The notes below the pieces were generated by a model. That model was given only the letters and a program-made list of their open reading frames with translations, did no database searches and was not told where the DNA came from. A program made the position numbers and the translations under genes. A stretch of DNA of 64,000 nucleotides from an uncultured cyanobacterium (GTDB lineage Bacteria > Cyanobacteriota > Cyanobacteriia > Cyanobacteriales > CAWCAG01), in the NCBI GenBank assembly GCA_963793425.1, contig CAWCAG010000009.1, forward strand, positions 896,001 to 960,000, in the 5' to 3' direction. Shown piece by piece: positions 41,901 through 51,385 of this stretch; the stretch's first letter is position 1; the number at the start of each line of letters is the position of its first letter.

Positions 41901-44293
41901 AAGCCGGTTATGAATTTGGGCAACTGGCTTTAGATTTGCTGACTAAATTAGATGGTAAAGAATTTCAAGCTAAAACTTTATTTTTAGTTAATGATTTAAT
42001 TAAACCTTGGCAAGATCATCTCCAAGAAACGCTCTCTCCTCTACTATTAGCCTATGGTAAGGCTTTAGAAACTGGAGAGTTAGAATTTAAAGCGAGGGCA
42101 GCTAACTCTTATTCCTATCATGCTTACTTCTGCGGTAAAAAATTAGGGGAATTAGAACCAGAAATTGCTGAATATCGTCATGAAGCTAAGGAATTGCGGC
42201 AAATAACCACTCACAATTTCTTGAGTATTTGGCAACAAACAATTTTAAATCTGCAAGGTAAAGCTACCAAGGTGTGTAGTTTGCAAGGGGAAGCTTACAA
42301 CGAAGAAGCGATGCTACCGTTGCATCAACAAGCTAATGATCGCACTGCTTTGTTCTTAGTTTATTTTAACAAGCTGGTTCTTTGTTATCTCTTTGAGGAA
42401 TATGCCCAAGCTTTAAGCTACAGTGCTTTAACAGCTAAGCATTTAGAGGGAGGATTAGCAACCATAACTGTGGTTATTTTCCACTTTTACGACTCCTTAG
42501 CTAAACTGGCGATTCCACCTAATCAGAAGCTTTTGGCACAGGTACAAGCTAACCAGAAAAAGCTTAAGAAATGGGCTAAATTCGCCCCTGCCAACCATTT
42601 GCATAAATATTATCTCGTGGAAGCAGAAAGGCAAAGAGTTTCAGGAAAAAACTACTCAGCAATGGAATATTATGACAAAGCGATTAAATTGGCACAGGAA
42701 AACGGCTATCTGCAAGAAGAAGCCCTAGCAAACGAACTGGCGGCCAAGTTTTACTTAGGTTGCGATCGCCTCACCAGTGCTGCTGCTTATTTACTCAATG
42801 CCCGTTACTGCTATCAACAATGGGGGGCAACAGCCAAAGTAGCAGCTTTAGATCAAGCATACCCTCAACTGCTTAGGGCAACGCAAATTAGCAGCCAAGA
42901 CTCTAATAGCGCCACGGTTACCACTAGCGATCGCACTTTAGGAACATCCTTAGATGTAGGGACAGTTATTAAAGCCTCTCAAGCTATTTCCCAAGAAATT
43001 GTCCTTGATCAACTCTTAGCTAACTTAATGGCTATTCTTTTGGAAAATGCCGGGGCGCAGAAAGGTTTCCTCCTTTTAGCAACTAAAGGCAAATTGAGCA
43101 TTGAAGCAGAAGGAACAGTAGAAAAAGAAGTTAAAGTTTTGTGTTCGCAGCCTCTAGAAAAATTGGATTTACAAGGGAATGCACCCTTGCCCCTTTCCAT
43201 CATTAATTATGTAACCCGTACTCAAGAAAGCTTGGTAGTCAAAGATTTAGCAGCAGCAATTGCTTATCTCAATGATCCTTACTTCCAAACCAACCAACCC
43301 CAATCGATCCTCTGCGCCCCTCTGCTCAATCAAGGTCAACTCAGTGGCATCATTTACCTAGAAAACAATCTTACCACAGGAGCCTTCACCGAAGACCGCT
43401 TAGAAATTCTCAACCTCCTTTCTTCCCAAGCTGCCATCTCCATAGAGAATGCCCGTTCCCACACAGAAATGGCTCGTCTTAATCAAGCCTTTTCTCGTTT
43501 TGTCCCCCGGCAATTCCTTCAGTTTCTGCAAAAAGAAACCATTGCCGATGTACAGTTAGGGGATCATGTCAAAAAGCAAATGTCGGTGTTGTTTTCTGAT
43601 ATTCGTTCCTTCACAACCCTTTCTGAATGTATGACACCGGAGGACAACTTCAAATTTATCAATGCTTTCCTTTCTCGCATGGAACCGGCGATTATTGAAA
43701 ACCAAGGCTTCATTGATAAATACATTGGCGATGCTATTATGGCACTTTTTGGTGGTAGTGCCGATGATGCTGTCAAAGCGGGGATTGTCATGTTACAAAG
43801 TTTAGCTATCTATAACCAGAAACGGCAAAAGTCAGGACGACAAAGCATTAAAATCGGCATCGGCATCAACACAGGTTCTTTAATGTTAGGGACTGTAGGA
43901 GGTAGAAACCGTATGGATAGTACTGTCATTAGCGATGCCGTTAACTTAGCTTCTCGCATCGAAAGCTTAACTAAAGATTACGGCGTATCCTTGTTAATTT
44001 CCCAGGAAACCTACTTACAATTACAAAAAGTAAACCAAGACACCATTCGCTTAGTAGGCAGAGTGAAAGTTAAAGGTAAATCTCAATTAGTCACGGTTTA
44101 TGAAGTCTTTGAAGCTGACGAACCAGCCCTAAAAGAAAGTAAGTTAATTACTAAAGGTGATTTTGAACAAGCCTGGTTACTTTACCAACAAAAATCATTT
44201 TCTGAAGCAACACAACTTTTCGCCCATTGTTTGCAACAAAATCCCCAAGACAAGTTAACTCAAATGTATTTAGAACATTGTCATCAGAAGTAA
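38984..44293 (+). CDS. Multidomain Ser/Thr kinase - AAA ATPase - GAF - class III adenylate cyclase
   Basis: Kinase motifs HQDINPAN, DFG and YMSPEQTGR; P-loop GYSGIGKS; IFLDDLQWAD; GAF (SILCAPL, YLENN); cyclase motifs FSDIRSFT, DKYIGDAIMA and DAVNLASRIE. Start may be ATG at 38993. Confidence 0.9.
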   Translation: MLLMISLSGYEIIKLISESSSSLVYRAIQIKDSQPVVLKVLNQDYPTPEQLDRFKQEYAINCQLNFAGAVKVYGLEIYQRTLVIVFEDFGGESLKQFIANKPLMGAEFLKVAIQIAENLGKIHCRNIIHQDINPANIVIHPVTKQVKITDFGIASINKNSHLPPQEILGTWAYMSPEQTGRMNCSLDYRTDFYSLGATFYELLTQQPPFSNTDPLELVHCHIAKMPMALGSREQGAGSSKIPREIADIVIKLMAKNAEDRYQSAWGLQADLEECLQQLQTTGMITPFPLASQDVSDKFRIPSKLYGRQTEVTQLLAAFKRVATRQTPASPKGGTELFLVAGYSGIGKSALVKEIHRSLAAQGAYFVSGKFEQYQRNIPYLGIIRAFQELVQQLLRENETKLQSWREQIQTALGNLGKVIIEVIPEIELIIGQQPEIPQLRGMEAESRFNLVLQNFVRVFAQPKHPLVIFLDDLQWADSASLQLLQMLATTEVRRQSLAYPVSLLLIGAYREEEVRATHPLRLNAAEIVKAGATVNQIELKALNLLEVNELIADTLYCDADKTKPLAQLVLDKTGGNPFFVREFLQALHKQGLIFFLYTQSQQQQEPHWCWDLEQIKAQGFTNNVVELLAERIQQLPEQTQAGLQLAACIGNQFTLNILATIWQKSPSETVTLLGAAVEENLIVVLEREETVIQYEFVHDRIQQAAYSLIPKQQKQRLHLQIGRLLRSNYSEQELLFTIVNQLNLGRELITTAREKEELAQLNLLVAKKAQASAAYDSAYQYLEVGCKLLSQDCWQEQYSLALEIYTSAAEVAYLSSNLPAMERYIATVLQKGKTLLDKVPVYELKIEADIAQNHLLEAVNTSLTVLESLGIKLPQKPSKLNVLSGLINSKLILLGKKISELVDLPTMQDGKMLAAFRLLTTLGSAAYLTTPELTALVSCKSVALSVKYGNTALSPFTYAGYGVILCGVLGDIQAGYEFGQLALDLLTKLDGKEFQAKTLFLVNDLIKPWQDHLQETLSPLLLAYGKALETGELEFKARAANSYSYHAYFCGKKLGELEPEIAEYRHEAKELRQITTHNFLSIWQQTILNLQGKATKVCSLQGEAYNEEAMLPLHQQANDRTALFLVYFNKLVLCYLFEEYAQALSYSALTAKHLEGGLATITVVIFHFYDSLAKLAIPPNQKLLAQVQANQKKLKKWAKFAPANHLHKYYLVEAERQRVSGKNYSAMEYYDKAIKLAQENGYLQEEALANELAAKFYLGCDRLTSAAAYLLNARYCYQQWGATAKVAALDQAYPQLLRATQISSQDSNSATVTTSDRTLGTSLDVGTVIKASQAISQEIVLDQLLANLMAILLENAGAQKGFLLLATKGKLSIEAEGTVEKEVKVLCSQPLEKLDLQGNAPLPLSIINYVTRTQESLVVKDLAAAIAYLNDPYFQTNQPQSILCAPLLNQGQLSGIIYLENNLTTGAFTEDRLEILNLLSSQAAISIENARSHTEMARLNQAFSRFVPRQFLQFLQKETIADVQLGDHVKKQMSVLFSDIRSFTTLSECMTPEDNFKFINAFLSRMEPAIIENQGFIDKYIGDAIMALFGGSADDAVKAGIVMLQSLAIYNQKRQKSGRQSIKIGIGINTGSLMLGTVGGRNRMDSTVISDAVNLASRIESLTKDYGVSLLISQETYLQLQKVNQDTIRLVGRVKVKGKSQLVTVYEVFEADEPALKESKLITKGDFEQAWLLYQQKSFSEATQLFAHCLQQNPQDKLTQMYLEHCHQK

Positions 44294-44297
44294 GATC

Positions 44298-44378
44298 AAC
44301 CGAATAAAATTCTCAAACCCTACTCCCTACTCCCTACTCCCTGCTCCCCACCCTAACAGATAAATCATGCCACTCAAC
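44298..44378. repeat. Dispersed repeat family A, second copy
   Basis: ACCGAATAAAATTCTCAAACCCTA(CTCCCTA)n...ACCCTAACAGATAAATCATGCCACTCAAC, homologous to 17587-17681. Confidence 0.75.
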
Positions 44379-44394
44379 AGGTTCGGTAAAATAA

Positions 44395-44901
44395 TCAATG
44401 ATTAAACCATGCTGTCAAAGCGATCGCTAAAGCATCTGCTGCATCATCAGGCTTAGGTAGATAGTCCAATTCCAATTCTCTGGCTACTGCTTCTTGAACT
44501 TCTTTTTTTTTTGCATTGCCATACCCCGTTAATGCCTGTTTAATTTGGGCTGGGGTAAACTCTACATAGGGAAGATTGTGCTGTGCCACAACTAACATCA
44601 CAACCCCCCTAGCTTGGGCAACATTAATAGTGCTACTCATGCGGTAGAAGAATAACTTTTCTATAGCTACCAAATCCGGATGTAGGTCTTGTAGCAATGT
44701 ATTGAGATCATTGTAGATAATAGAGAGCCTATCTCCCATGGGAGTTTTGGCTTTAGTTTCAATAATGCCAAAATCAAGTAACTTAATAGTTTCAGGAATA
44801 TAATTACCAATTGTTGCTGGAGTTTCTACTATTGGACAGCTAATCGTACCAAAGCCAACAGTCGCTATACCAGGATCAATGCCTAAAATTTGCTTTTCCA
44901 T
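44395..44901 (-). CDS. ruvC: Holliday junction resolvase RuvC
   Basis: [33 protein letters not shown] and [10 protein letters not shown]. Confidence 0.96.
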   Translation of the reverse strand: MEKQILGIDPGIATVGFGTISCPIVETPATIGNYIPETIKLLDFGIIETKAKTPMGDRLSIIYNDLNTLLQDLHPDLVAIEKLFFYRMSSTINVAQARGVVMLVVAQHNLPYVEFTPAQIKQALTGYGNAKKKEVQEAVARELELDYLPKPDDAADALAIALTAWFNH

Positions 44902-45152
44902 TAAATACGTGTTTGATAGTTGTTTTGTTTTCGGTTAAATATTTTTCTTGATTGCAAGTTAAGTTATCTTGGTTACACCCTAAATTATGGGAAAACTGTA
45001 TGTTCAATAACAATTGTGTGCTAATTTCTCGCATTTATGGCAACCTTAATTCTATTAACTTCCCTATCTTCATGTTTTAAGCTTCAACTCTTTCTTGGCT
45101 TTTGCTTCTAAAAGTCAAGCAATCCCTTTTACTTATTGTTCAGTCAATTACT

Positions 45153-46543
45153 ATGTTAGTCAGCCCACTCAAACAAGCTTTACGTACCATCAAGCCTCAA
45201 ATACGCAACCTGGCAGATGTACAGCGTCGAACTTCTCCTCGTGTGAATCGCTGGTTTAAGTGGCTAGCACCAGGATTATTAGTAAAACGTTGGTTATTAG
45301 TTAGTGCCACAGGGGTTTTACTGACGAGTTTGGGGTTAGCTATTTGGATTAAGCTCACCCCCATTTATTATTTAATTGATTTAACTTCTAGAGGTCTAGA
45401 AGCTCTGGCTCAAGTAATGCCTAGCTATATTTCAGGACCTTTAGCTATCCTATCAGGTTTATTCTTGATCTTTTGGGGACAAACCCGAACTATGGGTTCT
45501 ATCACCAAAGTCCTCAAACCAGAAAGTAATGAAGAGTTAATTGATGTTTTGATGGCTCATCGCCGTTTGAAGCGGGGGGCTAAAATTGTTACGGTTGGGG
45601 GCGGTACGGGGCTTTCTACTTTGTTAAGGGGTTTGAAGGAATACAGTGCTAATATCACAGCTATTGTGACTGTAGCTGATGATGGCGGCTCTTCTGGAAG
45701 GCTACGCCGGGAGATCGGAGTCTTGCCCCCAGGAGATATTCGTAACTGTGTCGCTGCCCTGGCTGATGAAGAAAAACTCTTAACAGAACTTTTTCAATAT
45801 CGTTTCCAAGCCGGAGATGGTTTAACAGGTCATAGTTTTGGTAACTTATTCCTAACGGCCATGAGTGAGATTGCTGGGGATTTGGAACAGGCGATCGCCG
45901 CTAGTTCTAAAGTTTTGGCCGTTAAGGGTCGGGTTTTACCTGCTACTTTAAGTGATGTGAGGTTGTGGGCGCAATTAGATGATGGCAGAGTAATCGAAGG
46001 GGAATCAAATATTACTGAAGCTGGGGGACATATTTGTAAGATTGGCTGCCTGCGGCAGCTCCTCCTGCCCTTCCTGCGGCAATTAAAGCTATTGAGGAAG
46101 CAGAATGTATTATCATGGGTCCTGGTAGTCTTTATACCAGCGTTATCCCTAACCTCTTAGTGCCAGAAATTCGTAGCGCGATCGCCAAAAGTAAAGCCCC
46201 TCGCATCTACGTTTGCAACATCATGACCCAACCAGGAGAAACGGAAGGTTATAGCGTTGCTGACCATATTCGGGCTATTGATGAAATTTGTGGTCAACGT
46301 TTGTTTGATGCGGTTGTGGTACACCGTAAGTCCCCTTCAGCCCATACTTTAATCAGGTATGCACAACAAAACTCCCATCCTGTATTTCTTGATCGTCAAG
46401 AGGTCAGTCAATTAGGTCGTCGCATCGTTTCTGGAAATATTATGGATGAAGATGAAGAAACAGGCTATGTACGCCACGATTCCCACAGATTAGCTAAGGT
46501 TTTATTACGTTGGTATGGGGCTACTCATGGGTTTAAGTTTTAG
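45153..46543 (+). CDS. yvcK: YvcK / gluconeogenesis factor (CofD-like) with N-terminal membrane segments; one gene with an apparent frameshift near 46050
   Basis: [34 protein letters not shown] and GHSFGNL. The frame-corrected join reads [32 protein letters not shown], followed by [10 protein letters not shown]. Confidence 0.88.
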
Positions 46544-46591
46544 AAGTATTTGATAATTCCCCAATCTTGATCAGGTTAAAAACCATTAGCC

Positions 46592-47566
46592 ATGCCCCTT
46601 AAATTCCTACTGCTAATTTGTACCACTTGCTATCAAATAGTTAGCTGCTTGCTTGAAGATAGCAAACCATTCCCTGGAAAACGTATTGATGTGGGAGGAT
46701 ATTGTTTGCATTTGGTTGTTGCTGGAGAAGCCAAAGCAAGCAAACCTACCATCATTTTAGATCATAGTTTAGGAGGGGTCGAAGGCTATCTCTTGCAAGA
46801 AAAGTTGGCGCAGTTAGGACAAGTTTGTATTTATGATCGCTCTGGCTATGGCTGGAGTGATTCTAGCTCAGAACCGAGAACTAGCGATCGCATTGTTACA
46901 GAATTAGATACACTACTAACGAAGGCTGAAATTTCACCGCCCTATATTTTGATAGGAAACTCTTTTGGTAGCTACAATGTCAGGCTTTACGCTCAGAGAT
47001 TTCCTCACAAGGTGGTAGGAATGGTACTTACCGATGGACTCCATGAAACAGCAATGTTGAAGATGCCTTTTGCTTTACGAGGGTTGCAGTACTTTTTTAT
47101 CTCCGGTTTTCTGATGTCTATTTTGGGTTCCTGTTTAGGTATTGTTCGGTTTTTAAAAACTGTTCGGGTCTTTGAGTTCCTAAAACCGGAGTTACGGCAG
47201 TTTACCGCAGCAGAGTTAGAGGCGGCGAAGCGTTCTTTTTGTCGCCCAAAGCATTGGTTAACCATGAGTCGAGAACTTTTTAACTTGCAAACAAGTGGTC
47301 ATCAGGTTAAAGTTGCTCAACAGTTCGGAGATTTACCGATAGTTAACATTAAAGCCAATTCCTTTTTTAAACCATCACTTTGGACAAAATTTATTCCTTT
47401 AGGTAGTGCCAATCAATTAAGAGAACGAATGCACACAGAATTACTGACGCTTTCCAGGGCATCTCAACAACTTCAAGCTAATAAAAGCAGTCATTTTGTT
47501 TGGATAGATGAACCTAATCTGCTTGTTGAGGGGGTAAAGATGATTATGGATAAGCTTCCTATATAA
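46592..47566 (+). CDS. Alpha/beta fold hydrolase
   Basis: YDRSGYGWS, nucleophile elbow GNSFG and C-terminal SSHFVW. Confidence 0.85.
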   Translation: MPLKFLLLICTTCYQIVSCLLEDSKPFPGKRIDVGGYCLHLVVAGEAKASKPTIILDHSLGGVEGYLLQEKLAQLGQVCIYDRSGYGWSDSSSEPRTSDRIVTELDTLLTKAEISPPYILIGNSFGSYNVRLYAQRFPHKVVGMVLTDGLHETAMLKMPFALRGLQYFFISGFLMSILGSCLGIVRFLKTVRVFEFLKPELRQFTAAELEAAKRSFCRPKHWLTMSRELFNLQTSGHQVKVAQQFGDLPIVNIKANSFFKPSLWTKFIPLGSANQLRERMHTELLTLSRASQQLQANKSSHFVWIDEPNLLVEGVKMIMDKLPI

Positions 47567-47638
47567 TTATAAGTAATATTAACTATGCTTTACAGAAAAT
47601 TAATTGTATAGTAACTCTGTAGAGTAGCCCTAAAAAAT

Positions 47639-48295
47639 ATGCCTCTGTTGATATTAGTCGCTGATGACAATCCCGGTGTTTTGTTGGCTGTTAGTGATTA
47701 TCTGGAACTATCAGGCTACTCAGTTATTGCAGCTCGTGACGGACAAGAGGCCCTGGAGCGGCTAGAAACCTATCATCCCCACTTAATGGTAGCTGACATT
47801 AGAATGCCCCGTAAAAACGGTTATGAACTAGTTAAGCAAGTGCGCCAGCGCCCACAATTCCGCTTAATGCCAGTAATATTTCTCACCGAGCGTAACAGCA
47901 CTGAAGAGCGTATTCTCGGCTATCAAGTTGGGTGTGATGTCTATTTACCTAAACCCTTTGAAATGGTGGAATTAGGAGCAGTTATTCGTAACTTATTAGA
48001 GCGATCGCAGATTGTCCAGTCAGAGTTACGTTTTTCGACCCAAAATTCCTCAACTAAAACCTCACAATTCCCAAAATCTTTTCCTCCCCTACCGGAATCT
48101 TTCCATCTCACTGAACGCGAACAACAAGTCCTTAATTTATTAGCAACAGGACTTTCTAACATTGAAATTGGTCAAAAGCTGTACTTAAGTCATCGTACTA
48201 TCGAAAAGTACGTTAGCAGTTTGCTGAGAAAGACAAATACTAGCAATCGCGCTGAATTAGTACGTTTTGCCTTAGATCGTAATCTGGTTGAATAA
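47639..48295 (+). CDS. NarL/LuxR-family response regulator
   Basis: REC domain (VADD, ADIRMP, YLPKPF) plus LuxR HTH (LTEREQQVL...GLSNIEIG...RTIEKYVS). Confidence 0.92.
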   Translation: MPLLILVADDNPGVLLAVSDYLELSGYSVIAARDGQEALERLETYHPHLMVADIRMPRKNGYELVKQVRQRPQFRLMPVIFLTERNSTEERILGYQVGCDVYLPKPFEMVELGAVIRNLLERSQIVQSELRFSTQNSSTKTSQFPKSFPPLPESFHLTEREQQVLNLLATGLSNIEIGQKLYLSHRTIEKYVSSLLRKTNTSNRAELVRFALDRNLVE

Positions 48296-48366
48296 CCAAA
48301 AATTAGCAATTAGCTGATTAGTTTTTAACTTAACCCCTGAAAATGTTATCCTATATTAAGTTAAAT

Positions 48367-48438
48367 GCTGGTGTAGCTCAGTGGTAGAGCAGCTGATTTG
48401 TAATCAGCCGGTCGCAAGTTCAAATCTTGTCACCAGCT
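48367..48438 (+). tRNA. trnT: tRNA-Thr (anticodon TGT)
   Basis: Acceptor stem GCTGGTG/CACCAGC, D-arm AGCTCAGTGGTAGAGC, anticodon stem GCTGA/TCAGC with loop TTTGTAA, T-loop GTTCAAATC; CCA not encoded. Confidence 0.95.
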
Positions 48439-48459
48439 TGTTCTTTAGAAATTGGAAAG

Positions 48460-48864
48460 ATGAAAAAACGAGTGACTCTCACCTTTCCCCAAAGAACAGT
48501 ACAGATGCCAGTCACCTATCGCTTGGCTAAAGATTTTAATGTAGCAGCTAACATTATTCGAGCGCAGGTAGCCCCTAACCAAGTAGGAAAATTAGTAGTA
48601 GAACTTTTGGGGGATATAGATGAATTGGATGCTTGTATTGAATGGATGCAAGGACAAAATATCGGTGTTTCCTTAGCTAGCCGAGAAATTTTAATCGACG
48701 AAGAAAGTTGTGTAGACTGTGGTTTATGTACCGGAGTTTGTCCTACCCAAGCCCTTACCCTTCATCCTCAAACCTTTGAATTGAATTTTCAGCGCTCACG
48801 TTGTATTGTTTGTGAACAATGTATTCCTACCTGTCCGGTACAAGCAATTTCGACAAACTTGTAA
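48460..48864 (+). CDS. NIL-domain 2[4Fe-4S] ferredoxin
   Basis: MKKRVTLTFP... NIL-like N-terminus, with CVDCGLCTGVCP and CIVCEQCIPTCP motifs; ATG at 48460. Confidence 0.88.
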   Translation: MKKRVTLTFPQRTVQMPVTYRLAKDFNVAANIIRAQVAPNQVGKLVVELLGDIDELDACIEWMQGQNIGVSLASREILIDEESCVDCGLCTGVCPTQALTLHPQTFELNFQRSRCIVCEQCIPTCPVQAISTNL

Positions 48865-48884
48865 TAGTCAAGATAAGGTATCTA

Positions 48885-49355
48885 CTAACTAAGTCGTAAA
48901 TTACACTCTAAAATCAACTTTTTGTTTTCCACAGAATAAGGCATAATTTCCAAAGCTTTCTCAAATGCTTCAATAGCATAGCGATAATTACCCAAGGCAG
49001 CTTGACACAACCCTAAACCATGCCATGCCCCAAAATGAATAGGATTGAGTTGCACAACTTGCAGACATTTCTCTCGCGACTTCTCATATTCCCCTTGCAT
49101 ATAGTATAGAACCCCTAAGCGATTCCAAGCCTCAGCAAAATCTGGCTGATTTTGAATAGTCGTACTCAACAACTCTTCAGCCTGAGTAACTTTTCCTGCT
49201 TCCAATAAAATTTGTGAACGCCTCAGTATCTCTAAACCAAACTCACCTTTTTGTTCAAACCATCTACGCCAAAGCTGATCGGTAGCAGAAGCCCGGATTT
49301 GCTCGTCAGGATCTTTGAGATTTTCTAGTAACTGGATAACTGATGATTTTTCCAT
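48885..49355 (-). CDS. Small TPR protein
   Basis: PDFAEAWNRLGVLYY and NPIHFGAWHGLGLC TPR units. Confidence 0.85.
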   Translation of the reverse strand: MEKSSVIQLLENLKDPDEQIRASATDQLWRRWFEQKGEFGLEILRRSQILLEAGKVTQAEELLSTTIQNQPDFAEAWNRLGVLYYMQGEYEKSREKCLQVVQLNPIHFGAWHGLGLCQAALGNYRYAIEAFEKALEIMPYSVENKKLILECNLRLS

Positions 49356-49479
49356 TTTAAGCGAATGTTTTTTGGTGTACTAGTTCAATCTCTTACCAAC
49401 TTAAGCTTTCCCCTGGGTAAGTGGCAAGGAAACACTGGCTCACATTAAACATTAAACATTGAACATTTATCAATATCTT

Positions 49480-51201
49480 TTAAATGCCGTGACTTTTGCC
49501 AATTACCCAATGACGGCGAAAAAATCTGGCTAAAGAACTTTCTTCTAAAGATAAATAAATTGGTCTACCATGGGGACAAGTACGGGGATTGTGGGTATTT
49601 TTCCAGCTATCTAAAAGTTGTTGCATTTCCTTTAAATTTAAGGGAGTACCGTTACGAATTGCACTACGACAAGCCGTAGCAACTTGGGCTTCTTGTAAAC
49701 TTCCACCTTGGCTAAGTTCTAAAAGAGCAGCAGTACAATCTTCCCTTTTTTCTAACATGGCAGGAATATTGCGAATTGCCCATAAGTCTTCGCCAAATGG
49801 CTCTACATCTAAACCTAAATCTTCCAATTGGCTTAACTGTACTTGCTTTAATTGAGACAGAATAACAGGCTTTTGTAAAGGTACTAACCGCCAGTCAGTT
49901 AATAATTGTTCGTATAAAACTCGTTCGTGGGCAATATGCTGTTCAATTAACCACAAACCCGTAGAATGTTCAGCAATAATATAGGTTTTGTTAATTTGTC
50001 CTACGGCTTTTAAGGCCATAAAATTGATTTCATTCTTACTAGTTTCTTCCTGCTTGGGGAGGATTTTTTTTTCTGCATGATAATCAGCTTTTTCTTCAGA
50101 AGCTTTAAGCAACTGGCTGATTTTTTGATTATATTTCCCGCTAGGAAATTGAGCATTACTTAAAGAAAAAGCTCGCTCAATGCCTTGACTAACTTGCTGT
50201 CGCCAAAAATCAAGATTATGTAAATAAACTTCCGTTTTAGCCGGGTGACGATTCCAATCAATTTGACTAGGACAAACTTGTAAGTGAATTAAGCAAACAG
50301 GATAGCGATCGCGGGGTAAAGTACGAGCAAAAGCCCCCAAAATCGTTTGTTCCAATTCTGGCGATCGCACAAAGCGACCATTAATTGCTACTCTAACCCA
50401 GTCAGAGCGCCTGCGATGACAGCGATCTGGTAAACCAACTAGTAATTTGAGTTGGGCAGGAAAATCCGTTGCTTTCTGCTTCCCTGTCCCTAATTCTTCC
50501 GGTAACTCCACCGCCAAACTTAACTGTTGTAAATCACTTTGTTGTACTTGCCGAAGTATCTGGGGCAAAATTTGCTGAGCCGTTTCTCCCGGACTTATAC
50601 TGAACCAAGGACGTTGATTTTGCCATGCTTGCCAAGTAACTTGGGGATGGCAGAGGGCAATTTGTTGCACAATCTCTTGAACACTTCTCAATTGCTGAGC
50701 CATTCCTGGTAAACCTTGGCGACGTACAGGGACAGTGCCAAACAAATTGAAGATGGTGACAATAGTGCCAGGGGCGATCGCAGCTACATTCTCCTCTGTC
50801 GGTTTTCCTTGTTGACTATATTGAATTCGCCAACCAACCCCCTCTTCTTCCATCGCCGGACGACTAAGAATTTCTAACTCAGAAAGTTGAGCTAAACTGT
50901 GTAAAGCTTCGCCACGAAATCCTAAACTCGTAATTTTCCACAGATCGTTGCTGTTGTGAATTTTGCTGGTGCTGTGGGGCAAGGCACACAATCTTAAATT
51001 GCTTAAATCCATACCTGCCCCATCATCGGCAACCTGTACCCGCCACAAATCCGGTTCCAAAGAAAGTACTATCCTCGTAGCTTGGGCATCCAGGGCATTT
51101 TCAACTAATTCCCTCACCACCGCAGCCATTGAATCAACAACCTCACCCGCCGCAATGAGATTAATAACTTCAGTTGGTAAAGGTTGAATTTGCTCTGTCA
51201 T
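49480..51201 (-). CDS. mutL: DNA mismatch repair endonuclease MutL
   Basis: IAAGEVV, ELVENALDA, DDGAGM, HSTSKI, LGFRGEAL, EQHIAHER, ACRSA and CPHGRP. Confidence 0.96.
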   Translation of the reverse strand: MTEQIQPLPTEVINLIAAGEVVDSMAAVVRELVENALDAQATRIVLSLEPDLWRVQVADDGAGMDLSNLRLCALPHSTSKIHNSNDLWKITSLGFRGEALHSLAQLSELEILSRPAMEEEGVGWRIQYSQQGKPTEENVAAIAPGTIVTIFNLFGTVPVRRQGLPGMAQQLRSVQEIVQQIALCHPQVTWQAWQNQRPWFSISPGETAQQILPQILRQVQQSDLQQLSLAVELPEELGTGKQKATDFPAQLKLLVGLPDRCHRRRSDWVRVAINGRFVRSPELEQTILGAFARTLPRDRYPVCLIHLQVCPSQIDWNRHPAKTEVYLHNLDFWRQQVSQGIERAFSLSNAQFPSGKYNQKISQLLKASEEKADYHAEKKILPKQEETSKNEINFMALKAVGQINKTYIIAEHSTGLWLIEQHIAHERVLYEQLLTDWRLVPLQKPVILSQLKQVQLSQLEDLGLDVEPFGEDLWAIRNIPAMLEKREDCTAALLELSQGGSLQEAQVATACRSAIRNGTPLNLKEMQQLLDSWKNTHNPRTCPHGRPIYLSLEESSLARFFRRHWVIGKSHGI

Positions 51202-51385
51202 ATTTTTATACTAAATCGGTGTTGGGTAGCATGACTTAATCTGTATAGGGGGGGAAGCATAGTAATTTGGTAACAAGTGAAGGGATTAACATTAGCTTTT
51301 TGGGGAGTAAGAGGTTTTTCTTCCCCCGCAATCCTCATCCTAAGATAGGATTATTTTAAGGATAAGCTGGAAAACTTAGAGGGCA

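Noticed and set aside
48367..48438. tRNA-Thr as the integration site of an island
   Set aside because: There is no integrase and no duplicated tRNA 3' end in the window, and the flanking genes are ordinary.
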